A stretch of 45,891 nucleotides of DNA from Nanobdellota archaeon. Lineage in GTDB: Archaea > Nanobdellota > Nanobdellia > Pacearchaeales > GW2011-AR1. The stretch is from contig JAFCCD010000001.1 of assembly GCA_017610405.1 (NCBI GenBank), forward strand, positions 1 to 45,891, written 5' to 3'. The notes under the pieces are model-generated. The model had not been told where the DNA came from. It made no database searches and saw only the letters and a list, made by a program, of their open reading frames with translations. The position numbers and the translations under genes are program-made. This document shows, piece after piece, positions 1-9,347 of this stretch; position 1 is the stretch's first letter, and each line of letters begins with the position of its first letter.

Positions 1-2640
1 TTGTTGCTGGAGGAAGTTCAAATGTAGGAATTGTATATGGTACAGGATCTGGAGTTTCTTCTCTTGACTTAGTTCAAGCAGGAAACATTCAATCTAGTCT
101 TCAGTCTTTTATGACTGGAACAACTGGAACTACCACAACTACGAGTGGAGAGACCGTATCACTAAGTGGATCTGATAAAATATGGCTTAACACTTCATTG
201 AATGCTGTTAAGACAACCCTAACAAAGAGTGACCTTCCAACAGTTCTAGCTGATTATACTTTCTCTGGTGATGTTACATCAAAAGTTACATCAACAATAA
301 AGCTTATCGCAGGTAATACTGCTACAACAGCATCTACTCAAAACACAGGAACTGTTATTTTTGCTAAACAGCCATCAAGTAGTGAGGACCCTGTTATTGG
401 AATAAGCATTGGATCAAGTGCGACAGCACAGCCATTATATAACGCCTCTGTAACAATGAGTGCTATCAACTTTACACACGCTGACACAGAAGGTGAGGAA
501 ATTGTTCTTTTCGGACAATCATTCACAATTGCTTCAGCAACAGATCTTACAAAGCTTGTTTTATTAAAGGATGCTGAGAAAGTTACTTTATCTGTTCCAA
601 GTAGTCCTTCTACAACTGTTGAAGTTGGAGGAGAAACATACACAATCAAATTAATTACTGCTTCAAGTACCTCTGCAAATATTGAGGTTACAAATAGTGC
701 AGGAGAAAGCGCTTCAAAAGAAGTTGACGAAGCTGCTTCAAAAAGAATTAATGGATTAGATGTTGCTGTTACAACAGCTACCTCAAGTAGTCTTGAAAGT
801 GTTGGAGAATCTGCATCTATCATTTTAGGATCTGAAAAAGTCACTATAACTAGTGCTTCTATAGTAACAGTTGGTGAAAATGAGGATCCTGTTGATGGAA
901 CATATGCATACATCGTAGGAGGAACTGGTGCAGCTACAGAAATTGCTGTAACAGTATTTAGACCTGATTCAACAAATGATGCTATTCTTGGAGGAGAGTC
1001 CTTTGAGGACCCTGTCTTCGGAAGCTTCAAGGTTGATTTCGCAGGACTAACAGTCCCTTTAGATGATACAGCCAGAGAAACAATTCTTGTAACAACAGCT
1101 GGAGACGACTCAATGACTGTGAAGTTCACAGAACAAGGAGGATTTGAAAAATCTTTTGATTTTGCACACAACGAAAGTGGTGTGTGGAAACTTGGAGACG
1201 ATTCAAACTATAGTATCGCTGTAACAGAGATGGCAAATCTTTCTTATGCAAGCGCTGTTGGAAGCGGAGGACTTGGTACAAGTGATGATGGATCTGCAAA
1301 GTATGTTGTTGTAGGAAATGAAGATTATGGACACCTATTAGAGTTATACGATGTTTACAACCAGTCAACTGGCACATCTGCTATAACAAATGATAGAGTA
1401 AAGTTCAGAGATGTCTTCACAGGAGAAGCATATGAAACAACTTTCACAAGCACAGAAGGTACTGGAACAATAGATGTTGATGGTAAGAGATATACTATTT
1501 TCTTCAATGGTACAGGAGAAGCTGCTAATGTGCAGCTTAAGTACCCGGCAGGAGATTCTGCCATAAACGCTTATGTAGTATTCCCAACAATTGAAACTGT
1601 AAATGGTGCTTTGGTTCAGTTTTATCAGCCAACACTGCTTAACTTGACAGATATGAACTCTAGTGTAGGACGTAATGATGCATTAGCAGGAGTACAAACT
1701 AAAGGAGGTGGAGCAATAATATTGAACCTACCAAATGGAGCTGATTACACTGCTGTGACTCTTACAAACAACGCCACATCTGGTTATGACACAGCATGGA
1801 ATGTTGGATCAAATGCAACAGCTGATTTGATTACTAACTTGACAGCAAACACCTATGACGCTATTGGTCTCAACACAAACATAACGTTTACTGTTGGAAC
1901 AGTATCTTATAGGCTTACATCTGTTGGAGTAGATAATATGACACAGATTGCTATTGTTGACCCAGAAGCAGCAGTACAAGAATCTGGGGCAATTATTGAC
2001 CAACCAGCCCTTATTGTATATGAAGGTAAAGATGATAATTCAGAGTATCACGCAATTGTAATTGATCTTAAGGACCATCCAGCAGGAGATTCTACAACAC
2101 CTGTTGAAGTAAATGATGTGTTGTTTTCATCAGACTACTATCATAGTTCTGCTACAAGAGCTAGTGATAGCAAGTTTACAGAAGATATAGACTGGTGGGG
2201 AACACTTGTCACACAAGATGCAACTGATACTGCCACAACGGCTACAATCAGTTACCCTAAGACACAAGTATATGCACAGGTATATGTTGGTGAAATAGGA
2301 TCAAGTATTAGTGGTGGAACAACTGGTGGAGCAACATCACTTGGTGATGTTTTAGTAAAGGACTCAGAAGTAAGTTCAGTAAGTTCAAAGAACTTAATCA
2401 GGTGGAGCTTATTGTGGTTCTGCATGGACAGACGCAACAAGTGTTGGTTCAGGACAGTTCTTGCTACAAAGCTTTGGAGATGCTTACACAACTGGTAAAA
2501 TTGCATTGTTAGTTGCTGGTTATGACGTTGCAGACACTGTAAATGCTGCAACATACCTAAAAACTCAGACAGTTGATACAACAGCTGATAAGAAGTATAT
2601 AGGAACAACTGCAACTCAAGCAACACTTCAGGTAGAATAA
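1..2640 (+). CDS. Major S-layer protein, 5'-partial, with an apparent +1 frameshift/deletion at about 2400
   Basis: Frame is open from the window start (VAGGSSNVGIVYGTG...LDLVQAGNI, S-layer N-terminal-like). Thr/Ser/Gly-rich with about 15 N-X-S/T sequons. After ...VSSVSSKNLI the S-layer-like C-terminus continues in the +1 frame from 2401 (GGAYCGSAWTDAT...KIALLVAGYDVADTVNAATYL...QVE*) to TAA at 2640. Confidence 0.85.
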
Positions 2641-2661
2641 ATCTATAAATTTTAATTTTAA

Positions 2662-2680
2662 TTTTTTTTTCTTTTTTTTT
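2662..2680 (+). terminator. Archaeal poly-T terminator after the S-layer gene
   Basis: T9-C-T9 run about 20 nt after the TAA at 2640; supports 2640 as the true gene end. Confidence 0.65.
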
Positions 2681-2716
2681 AAGGGATTAGCAAGAGCTGT
2701 ATCCTTTGAAATTAAA

Positions 2717-2724
2717 TTTATAAA
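2717..2724 (+). promoter_or_regulatory. TATA box
   Basis: TTTATAAA ending 21 nt before the ATG at 2746; the same spacing recurs at many genes in the window. Confidence 0.6.
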
Positions 2725-2745
2725 TAAGGTAAATAATTATTTAAT

Positions 2746-3312
2746 ATGAAAAAATTAATCTCAAAAAGTGAAAGAGAAAAAAGAACCAAAAAGAACCAAA
2801 TAACTATGGGGCTTATTCTTGTTTTTCTAATGATTTTAAGTGTTCTTGGTTTTGCTCTTCAGGGAAACATTGGTAATAAAGAGGATAAAGATAAAATGGT
2901 TTATGATGAATTTGAATTCACTTATATCAATGGATTCTGGAGAATTGGAGATTTTGCATTTATTTACAATCCTGAGCAAGTTCCTGAAATAGGATTTGCA
3001 TTAAAAGATGCAACATTTTACCAAGGACTTCCAACATATGTTTACTCTGAAAACAGTGAATCTAAAACAGAGTTAAAAGTAAATTTAGCACTAATTGCTG
3101 AAGAAGTACAGGAAGCTTGTATAGATAAAGAGGAGATTGAATGCCCTGAAGGAATTCCTATGAAAACTTGTGAAGATCATTTTATAATTATAAGAGAAGG
3201 CAACATTAGTTTAATAAAGCAAGAAAATAATTGTGTTTATATTGAAGGTCCAGAAGAAGAACTTTTAAAATTAACTGACCAATTTTTATTTAAAATTCTT
3301 GGAATAAAATAA
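2746..3312 (+). CDS. Membrane-anchored Cys-containing hypothetical protein
   Basis: Basic N-terminus, one TM helix, then an external domain with 4 Cys (C..C..C..NCVYIEG). Confidence 0.8.
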   Translation: MKKLISKSEREKRTKKNQITMGLILVFLMILSVLGFALQGNIGNKEDKDKMVYDEFEFTYINGFWRIGDFAFIYNPEQVPEIGFALKDATFYQGLPTYVYSENSESKTELKVNLALIAEEVQEACIDKEEIECPEGIPMKTCEDHFIIIREGNISLIKQENNCVYIEGPEEELLKLTDQFLFKILGIK

Positions 3313-3318
3313 TAACAA

Positions 3319-3969
3319 ATGGCAAAGAAAAAAATAACAAAAAAGAAGAAAACAAAGAAAGAACTGCAAGAAGAGAAGAGAATTCAAAAAAAAGAACAGA
3401 TTAAATCTGAAAATCGTATCCTTAGAAATTTATTCTTAGGAGTAGGAATTATTATAATCCTATGTATTATTGTTATTTTCTTTATCAATCAAGCAAAGAA
3501 TTTTGAATATGAGGGGGTTAAATTCAAAATCGTCAAAGAGGGAAACCTAATTCTGTATCAAACATCAATCCCAGTAATTTATCAAGGAAAGGAAGTTCCT
3601 TATAATTTTTATCTTAGAAATGATCCGAGAAAACTTTCAAAAATTCCATTTGAAGGAGATATTAATCTTGCAGAGATTCTTGTTATAAATAGCACAGAAG
3701 ATTTTAATTGCGATGGAGATGGTATAATAGCTGTTGCAAATCTGCTTAATCTTTACAAAATATCAGGAATAGAGGTAATAAAAGATGATACTGCTATGTG
3801 TGATCCTGAGGGAAAATATGCTTTCATACAAATGCAGGCGGGAAATGAAACAAGTATAGAAAAATTTGGTCCTGCTTGTTTTAATATTAATATAAAAAAC
3901 TGTGAAGTATTAAAGGCTTTAGAGAGATTAATGATAGAATCTTTTATTGAGATGAATAAATTACTCTAA
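3319..3969 (+). CDS. Membrane-anchored Cys-containing hypothetical protein, probably a distant paralog of the upstream gene
   Basis: Lys-rich N-terminus, one TM helix, FEYEGVKF strand, 4 external Cys and a similar C-terminal helix. Confidence 0.8.
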   Translation: MAKKKITKKKKTKKELQEEKRIQKKEQIKSENRILRNLFLGVGIIIILCIIVIFFINQAKNFEYEGVKFKIVKEGNLILYQTSIPVIYQGKEVPYNFYLRNDPRKLSKIPFEGDINLAEILVINSTEDFNCDGDGIIAVANLLNLYKISGIEVIKDDTAMCDPEGKYAFIQMQAGNETSIEKFGPACFNINIKNCEVLKALERLMIESFIEMNKLL

Positions 3970-3971
3970 TT

Positions 3972-4532
3972 TTAATTTTTCTTTTTTATGAGAGATTTCT
4001 TGTATAAAAATTTTATATCAGAATAAAAGGGAATTTCCTTTATCTTGAAAATCTTTACTTCTACAAACCAAATTCCCACTACTATTATTGTGCTGAATCC
4101 ATACCATAATATTGTATGTGTAACATCAAAATAAGAAAAATTTGTTGCAGCTAGAGAAGCTAATATAAAGATTCTTAAAATATTTAAAATCAAAAACGTG
4201 GCAAAAGAAAAAAGAATCGCATAAATTCTCGTCTTTAATTTTATATCAGGTGTTGACAGATTAAGAACAAATAAAAGATAATATGCAGAACCTGCAATGC
4301 ATGCAGATATGAGCTCTATCGGAATATTGTTTATTAGAAAATATATCTTGGAAAAAAGGGTCACATTAAAAAACAATCCGAGAAGAAAATAAACAGGATA
4401 AACTGTCAAGGGAGTGAATATAAAATAAAAGATATAAAGACCTGGAAGCGCAATAAGAATAAGAATAAGATATCTAAGAGGTATATTTAGAAAACTCTTA
4501 AGATCTTTATTTTCTTTCCTCTTTTTCTTCAT
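3972..4532 (-). CDS. Archaeosortase/exosortase-family protein (pacearchaeosortase-like)
   Basis: Multi-TM protein with the Cys-Arg-His triad: IELISACIAG, LNILRI, VTHTILW. Confidence 0.85.
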   Translation of the reverse strand: MKKKRKENKDLKSFLNIPLRYLILILIALPGLYIFYFIFTPLTVYPVYFLLGLFFNVTLFSKIYFLINNIPIELISACIAGSAYYLLFVLNLSTPDIKLKTRIYAILFSFATFLILNILRIFILASLAATNFSYFDVTHTILWYGFSTIIVVGIWFVEVKIFKIKEIPFYSDIKFLYKKSLIKKKN

Positions 4533-4581
4533 ATAAAATTTAAAAGAATTATCTTTAAATAATTTGGGGATAGCAGTATTT

Positions 4582-6273
4582 TTATTTTCTTCTTGCTATT
4601 CGAATCGCTACAAATATAATCACTATTACAAGGATTAAATTCAAAAGTCCAAGTCCCCACAAAGAAGTGTTTTCAATTGCAAGACCAGTAATACCAAGGA
4701 AAGATCCTGCTTTTTCCACATTAACTGAGACAGGTTGTCTTGTTACATCATCTTCTGAAACAAATTCTATAAAGAATGTTTGGGTTCCTAAAACATCTCT
4801 CTTTATATCAAATTTGAAAAGAATATTTTTTGATTGTCCTGCATCTAATACAATTGTATTTTGATCTTGTGATATAAATTCTGCCCATGAAGCAAACTCT
4901 GCAGCATTTACAGTGAATGTTCTTAATTCATTACCATTATTTGTGATTGTTGCTTTAATAGTCATCTCTTTTCCAGCTTTTGATTCTGATTCAAGACTTG
5001 CAGAAACTAAAATATCTGTTAAAACTCCACCACAATTTCCTTCAACTTTAAAAGGAACAGTAAATTCTGAAAGATCATCATCATTGTTCTCAAAGACATC
5101 TCCGTCTTCATCATTAACCTCAAATTTTAAGGCATAGAATTTCTCATCTATGTTTTGAGGAACTGTGAATGTGAATGATATCTGTTGTCTGTCGAATTCG
5201 TCAATATCTCCAACTTCAATAATTTGATTGAATCCAAGAATGCTCTCTCTGCCAGAAACTATAACAGAAACTTCATCCTGATCTCTGTCTCCAATATTCC
5301 AAACATCTGCAGTAACTGTAACTGTTTCTCCACATGAAAGAGTATCTGGCAAGTCTATATTATCAAGAACTACAAAATCTTCAATTAAAATAGTAGATGA
5401 TTCATAAGCATATGCACATGTATCTTCCCCGTCATCTGGAGAATCATTATCATCAATTACTCCATTTGCAACAACATAAAATCTGTAATTATCCATATTT
5501 TCAACAAATTCATCAAGATCAATATCAAGATTATCATCTAGTGTAAAAGTTACCATAAAAGTCTCTTTATCCCCATCTTTTATATTAAACTCATTCTCTT
5601 CATCAATATCAATTAACCAATCACCATCTTCAAGACTATATATTCCCCATTCAACACTTACATCATCAATATCATAGTTTCCATCGTTTTTAACCTCAAT
5701 CTCAACTTCAATTTCTTCAAATGGGAACCAGCTATCATCATCTTCCCCAAAATTACTATACTGCAATCCCTCATTAGTAAACTCTATGTTTTTAATTTCA
5801 AGGTTTCCTGGATTTCCTATTGTCTGGCAATCAAGAATCTCTTGTGGGTGTTGTGAAGTAACATTAATAGATATAGGAATATCATAATTTACAAGAGAAG
5901 TATAAGTTCCTGTTAGATTTAAATTTCCAGTATAATTACCCAAGACCTGAGTTGAAGGAACATTAAATGTTAAAGTCATTGTTCCGCTAGTCACTGATTG
6001 ATTTAATGTTGTAACCATTCCTGTAACGCTTGAAGCAGAAGTAAGTGTATTTGCTCCAGAAGTTAAATCAAAAGGAACATTAAAAGACATATTTGTTAAA
6101 TTTCCATATCCACTTTCTTCTAATGTAAAAGAAACTGTAGCTGTCTTTCCTTGAGCAACAGATTGTGTTTGCCCTACAACATTAGTAAAATCAACTGCTG
6201 CGTTTGCAAAACTCATTAAGAATACAAATGTAAAAACACTCAACACAAACAAACTTAATATTTTTGTTTTCAT
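4582..6273 (-). CDS. Putative secondary S-layer/surface glycoprotein with Ig-like (CARDB-like) domains and a C-terminal membrane anchor; candidate sortase substrate
   Basis: Signal peptide MKTKILSLF...FANA; sequon-rich N-domain; acidic beta-sandwich repeats (VWNIGDRDQDEV, ITNNG); C-terminal GITG + TM helix + RRK. Start set at 6273 from the TATA at 6308-6315. Confidence 0.8.
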   Translation of the reverse strand: MKTKILSLFVLSVFTFVFLMSFANAAVDFTNVVGQTQSVAQGKTATVSFTLEESGYGNLTNMSFNVPFDLTSGANTLTSASSVTGMVTTLNQSVTSGTMTLTFNVPSTQVLGNYTGNLNLTGTYTSLVNYDIPISINVTSQHPQEILDCQTIGNPGNLEIKNIEFTNEGLQYSNFGEDDDSWFPFEEIEVEIEVKNDGNYDIDDVSVEWGIYSLEDGDWLIDIDEENEFNIKDGDKETFMVTFTLDDNLDIDLDEFVENMDNYRFYVVANGVIDDNDSPDDGEDTCAYAYESSTILIEDFVVLDNIDLPDTLSCGETVTVTADVWNIGDRDQDEVSVIVSGRESILGFNQIIEVGDIDEFDRQQISFTFTVPQNIDEKFYALKFEVNDEDGDVFENNDDDLSEFTVPFKVEGNCGGVLTDILVSASLESESKAGKEMTIKATITNNGNELRTFTVNAAEFASWAEFISQDQNTIVLDAGQSKNILFKFDIKRDVLGTQTFFIEFVSEDDVTRQPVSVNVEKAGSFLGITGLAIENTSLWGLGLLNLILVIVIIFVAIRIARRK

Positions 6274-6396
6274 TTTATTGTCTATTGTCATTTTGGAGTG
6301 AGAATGATTTATAAAGATTTGTATTATTAAGAATATACTAATTAACATAAAATTTATATAACTTTAAAACCTAATTTACATTAATTAAAGAGGAAA

Positions 6397-6783
6397 ATGG
6401 CAATAAAATCTCATGAAAATTCTGTAGGTGCCTGGGCATTTTTTATAGGAGTTATTCTTGCAATTTTGATAGGATTATCAACTACAATCTTTTCAATTCC
6501 AACAGTTGTTGCATATAGTGCGCAGATTTATGCTTTATTAGTAATCCTTGGATTAATTATTGGATTTGTGAATATTCCGGGAAGAGATGCTCAAACTTTT
6601 TTATTGGCTGGAGCTATTTTAGTTGTTGTTAGTAAATTCGGAATGGATAGTGTTCGTGGTAGTTTAATAGGAATAGGTGTGGGAGATGCTGTATCCTCTA
6701 TTTTTGCAGCACTTTTGGCATTGTTTGTTCCTGCAACAATTGTTATGGCTTTGAAAACTATTTTCTCAATGTCAAAGGTTTGA
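6397..6783 (+). CDS. Small 4-TM membrane protein, function unknown
   Basis: 128 aa, four hydrophobic segments, GAWAFFIG and GLIIGFVNI motifs. Confidence 0.8.
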   Translation: MAIKSHENSVGAWAFFIGVILAILIGLSTTIFSIPTVVAYSAQIYALLVILGLIIGFVNIPGRDAQTFLLAGAILVVVSKFGMDSVRGSLIGIGVGDAVSSIFAALLALFVPATIVMALKTIFSMSKV

Positions 6784-6865
6784 ACTTGAAAATATCCTTA
6801 TATATAAATAGGGGGATGATTAATTGATCACAAAAACAAATAGGTTTCTAAAACTTGATTCTAGT

Positions 6866-7258
6866 TTAATAAAATTTCTTTGATTTTTCTTCTTTATGTT
6901 TTGGCATTTCTTTATGGATTTTTGCAAAAGAAGGTGTTGCAATTACTATATTTTCTCCAAAACCAGCAATATTTCCCTCAAGGGCATCTATTGTCTTTTT
7001 TATTTTAGAAATTACTCTTTTCAATTCAATAGAATCTTTCTGTCTTAGAATTTTTATATCAATTATTGCGATAGTATAACCTTCCCTTAAAGCATTAAGA
7101 ATATCATTAACATCATCGTAATCTTTTAAAACAAAAAGTTTTACAAAGATTTTATTTTCATGCTCTTCTTTTCCTAAATCAATTTCAAGATATTCGTCAT
7201 TAAATTCATCCATACCACCTTTTTCTGAAAAAGCTCTTTTTATCTTATCAAAAACCAT
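6866..7258 (-). CDS. sepF: Cell division protein SepF
   Basis: Amphipathic N-terminus, EYLEID, LREGYTIAIIDI, GNIAGFGENIVIATPS. Confidence 0.9.
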   Translation of the reverse strand: MVFDKIKRAFSEKGGMDEFNDEYLEIDLGKEEHENKIFVKLFVLKDYDDVNDILNALREGYTIAIIDIKILRQKDSIELKRVISKIKKTIDALEGNIAGFGENIVIATPSFAKIHKEMPKHKEEKSKKFY

Positions 7259-7330
7259 ATTAATTTTAAATTGCAGATATTTATAAAGATTTCGTAAGTT
7301 TTTTGCATATATTCCGTCGTTGTTAGAAAA

Positions 7331-7642
7331 TCAAAAAATTTCTTTCCTAAGAAAATCCATTTTTTCTACAAAAGAACCCTCTTGTTTTTCTATAGATTTT
7401 ATTCTTAGATTAAGAAGTTTTTCCTTATTTGCAAGTTCTTCTTTTACTTTTTTTGGATCTGCTTTTATCATTAACTGTCCTATTATTTTAAAGGTCTCAT
7501 CAGAATTTTCTATTTCTTTTTTTGCTACTTTTGTTTCTGAAATCTCTAATTGAAAAGCTTGTTTTTGAAGCATCAAATTATGAAGATTTTGCTCAAGAAT
7601 CTGTATTTCTTGAATTTTTTTTTCCTTGGTATCTTTATCCAT
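7331..7642 (-). CDS. pfdB: Prefoldin beta subunit
   Basis: Coiled coils flanking FKIIGQLMIK; conserved position after rpl37ae-rpoP. Confidence 0.92.
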   Translation of the reverse strand: MDKDTKEKKIQEIQILEQNLHNLMLQKQAFQLEISETKVAKKEIENSDETFKIIGQLMIKADPKKVKEELANKEKLLNLRIKSIEKQEGSFVEKMDFLRKEIF

Positions 7643-7650
7643 TTTCTAAT

Positions 7651-7788
7651 TTATATTGCCTTCACTTTTTTAACTTTTGTTCTTGGTTTGTAGAAAATTT
7701 TTCCACCGCAATGAGGGCATACAAATCTCTTATCAAGATTGGTATTTTTGATTTTTTTCTCACATTTGAAACATTTATATGTTGGCAT
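7651..7788 (-). CDS. rpoP: RNA polymerase subunit P (Rpo12); not in the ORF track
   Basis: Hand translation MPTYKCFKCEKKIKNTNLDKRFVCPHCGGKIFYKPRTKVKKVKAI: Zn-ribbon CxxC..CPxCG, IFYKPR. Confidence 0.92.
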   Translation of the reverse strand: MPTYKCFKCEKKIKNTNLDKRFVCPHCGGKIFYKPRTKVKKVKAI

Positions 7789-7829
7789 TTTATTCTCCTA
7801 AGATAATATTCCTTTATTTATTTTATGTA

Positions 7830-8048
7830 TCATTTTATATAATAAGCATCGTGAGCAAATTTTTTACCACATTTTTTACACTGCCATATTCCTTTGGAAA
7901 CCCTTTTCACTCCTGTTTTTTCGCAAAAAGGACATTTTTGCTTTATTCTCTGCTTTGTTTCAACAGCAATTAGTTTTGATTTAACTCTTTTTCCATATCT
8001 CGCGCCAAAACGTCCTGCTGATTTTATTTTTTTTAATTTTGATGCCAT
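7830..8048 (-). CDS. rpl37ae: 50S ribosomal protein L37Ae (eL43)
   Basis: AGRFGARYG, CPFC...GIWQCKKC. Confidence 0.95.
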   Translation of the reverse strand: MASKLKKIKSAGRFGARYGKRVKSKLIAVETKQRIKQKCPFCEKTGVKRVSKGIWQCKKCGKKFAHDAYYIK

Positions 8049-8060
8049 TTTTATGATAAA

Positions 8061-8133
8061 TGGGACTGCCCGGATTTGAACCGGGGTCGTCAGGCCCCAA
8101 ACCTGAAAGGCTACCAGGCTACCCCACAGTCCC
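8061..8133 (-). tRNA. tRNA-Pro(UGG)
   Basis: Acceptor GGGACTG/CAGTCCC, anticodon arm TCAGG-TTTGGGG-CCTGA, T-loop GGTTCAAATCC; CCA not encoded. Confidence 0.95.
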
Positions 8134-8164
8134 TTAATAAAAAAGAACTGAAGAGATTTATAAA

Positions 8165-8788
8165 TTATTCTTTTTTTTCTTCTTCATTCTCTTCTGGTTT
8201 TTGTTCTTCTGCAGCCTCTACAGCTTTCTGCTTTAATATTTTTTCCTGCTCTATCTCTATTTTAGTGAAATACTCATCAAGTTCTTTTCTTTTTTCTTCA
8301 GAAGTTTCTATTTTTTCTCCTGAGATTTCAGAATCATATTTCCCTTTATCAATTTCATCTATAATTTCTTTTGGAGATTTATTCTCGACAAGAACTCCAA
8401 GACTTACACAACTTCCTAAAACAGTTTTAACAGCTGCCTTCAAATCTTTACTTAATAAATCAGGAAGTTTTGTTTTTGCTACAGATATAATTTGCTCTAT
8501 AGAAGCATTTGCTATTTTGATTTCTTTATGGTCTCCAGAGCCTTTTTCTGCCCCTAATTCTTTTTTTAACAACTCTGAAACAGGAGGAGAAAGAACTTTA
8601 ATAACAATATCTTTAGTCTTTAGATCTATATCTAATTCAACAGGAACTTTTAATCCTGTAAAATTTTGAGTTGATTCATTGACTTTCTTAATAACATCAT
8701 TTATAGGAATCCCTGCAGGTCCTAGTTTCTGGCTTAACACAGGTCCTGGCTTCATTTCTCCGCCTTCGACCAATAATTTAATTTGCAT
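8165..8788 (-). CDS. rpl11: 50S ribosomal protein L11 (uL11) with a Glu/Lys-rich C-terminal tail
   Basis: LVEGG..PGPVL..LGPAG, PPVSELLKKELG, GSCVSLGV. Confidence 0.95.
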   Translation of the reverse strand: MQIKLLVEGGEMKPGPVLSQKLGPAGIPINDVIKKVNESTQNFTGLKVPVELDIDLKTKDIVIKVLSPPVSELLKKELGAEKGSGDHKEIKIANASIEQIISVAKTKLPDLLSKDLKAAVKTVLGSCVSLGVLVENKSPKEIIDEIDKGKYDSEISGEKIETSEEKRKELDEYFTKIEIEQEKILKQKAVEAAEEQKPEENEEEKKE

Positions 8789-9257
8789 CTTCTTCTCCTT
8801 CTTCTCCTCTTCTTATGACTTTAACATTATCTATTTTAAGAGTTACAGGTAACTGAACAACTGCTCCTAAAAGATTCACAGTCACTTCTTCTTTTTGCTT
8901 ATCTATTCTTATAACTTTCGCTTTTTCTCCTTTTAGTGTTGATCCAATTATTTCAACAATATCTCCTTCCTTTATTGAAATGCTGATTATAGAAGGTTCT
9001 ACCATGTTTTTTATTTCCTTATATCCTATTGTTTTCCCTATAATTCCTTTTACATAAGGTAAATTAAAAACAGCTTCTTCTGCACTCTCACGATCCTCTG
9101 CTTCAACAAGAACATATCCTCTCAAACCATGAGGTCTTAAAACAGAATATAAATTAATATCTTTTTTTTCTACTCTTTCAGCTATCATATCCACTGCTTT
9201 CTCTTCTTTATTTGTGGTAACTTTAATAATAAATATCATTTTTGTTCTGAGCTCCAT
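8778..9257 (-). CDS. spt5: Transcription elongation factor Spt5/NusG (alternative start 9239)
   Basis: NGN domain (LRGYVLVEA) plus KOW motif (EGDIVEIIG..KGEKAKV). Confidence 0.95.
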   Translation of the reverse strand: MELRTKMIFIIKVTTNKEEKAVDMIAERVEKKDINLYSVLRPHGLRGYVLVEAEDRESAEEAVFNLPYVKGIIGKTIGYKEIKNMVEPSIISISIKEGDIVEIIGSTLKGEKAKVIRIDKQKEEVTVNLLGAVVQLPVTLKIDNVKVIRRGEEGEEDAN

Positions 9258-9308
9258 CTACCTCTTAATTTTTTAAGAAGAAGTAATATTATTTAATAAT
9301 TTGGGTTT

Positions 9309-9333
9309 ATAAAATTTCCTATGGAAATTTTAT
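9309..9333. repeat. Perfect 11-bp inverted repeat with 3-nt loop at the spt5 promoter
   Basis: ATAAAATTTCC-TAT-GGAAATTTTAT, overlapping a minus-strand TTTTATAAA box. Confidence 0.7.
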
Positions 9334-9347
9334 TTGAGAAAACATTT

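Noticed and set aside
338..2626. Antisense ORFs over the S-layer gene (for example 338-1171, 277 aa)
   Set aside because: Shadow frames of a strongly codon-biased gene, with no motifs or promoters.
8076..8669. 197-aa plus-strand ORF
   Set aside because: Antisense to rpl11 and tRNA-Pro; Ser/Phe-rich mirror of Lys/Glu codons.
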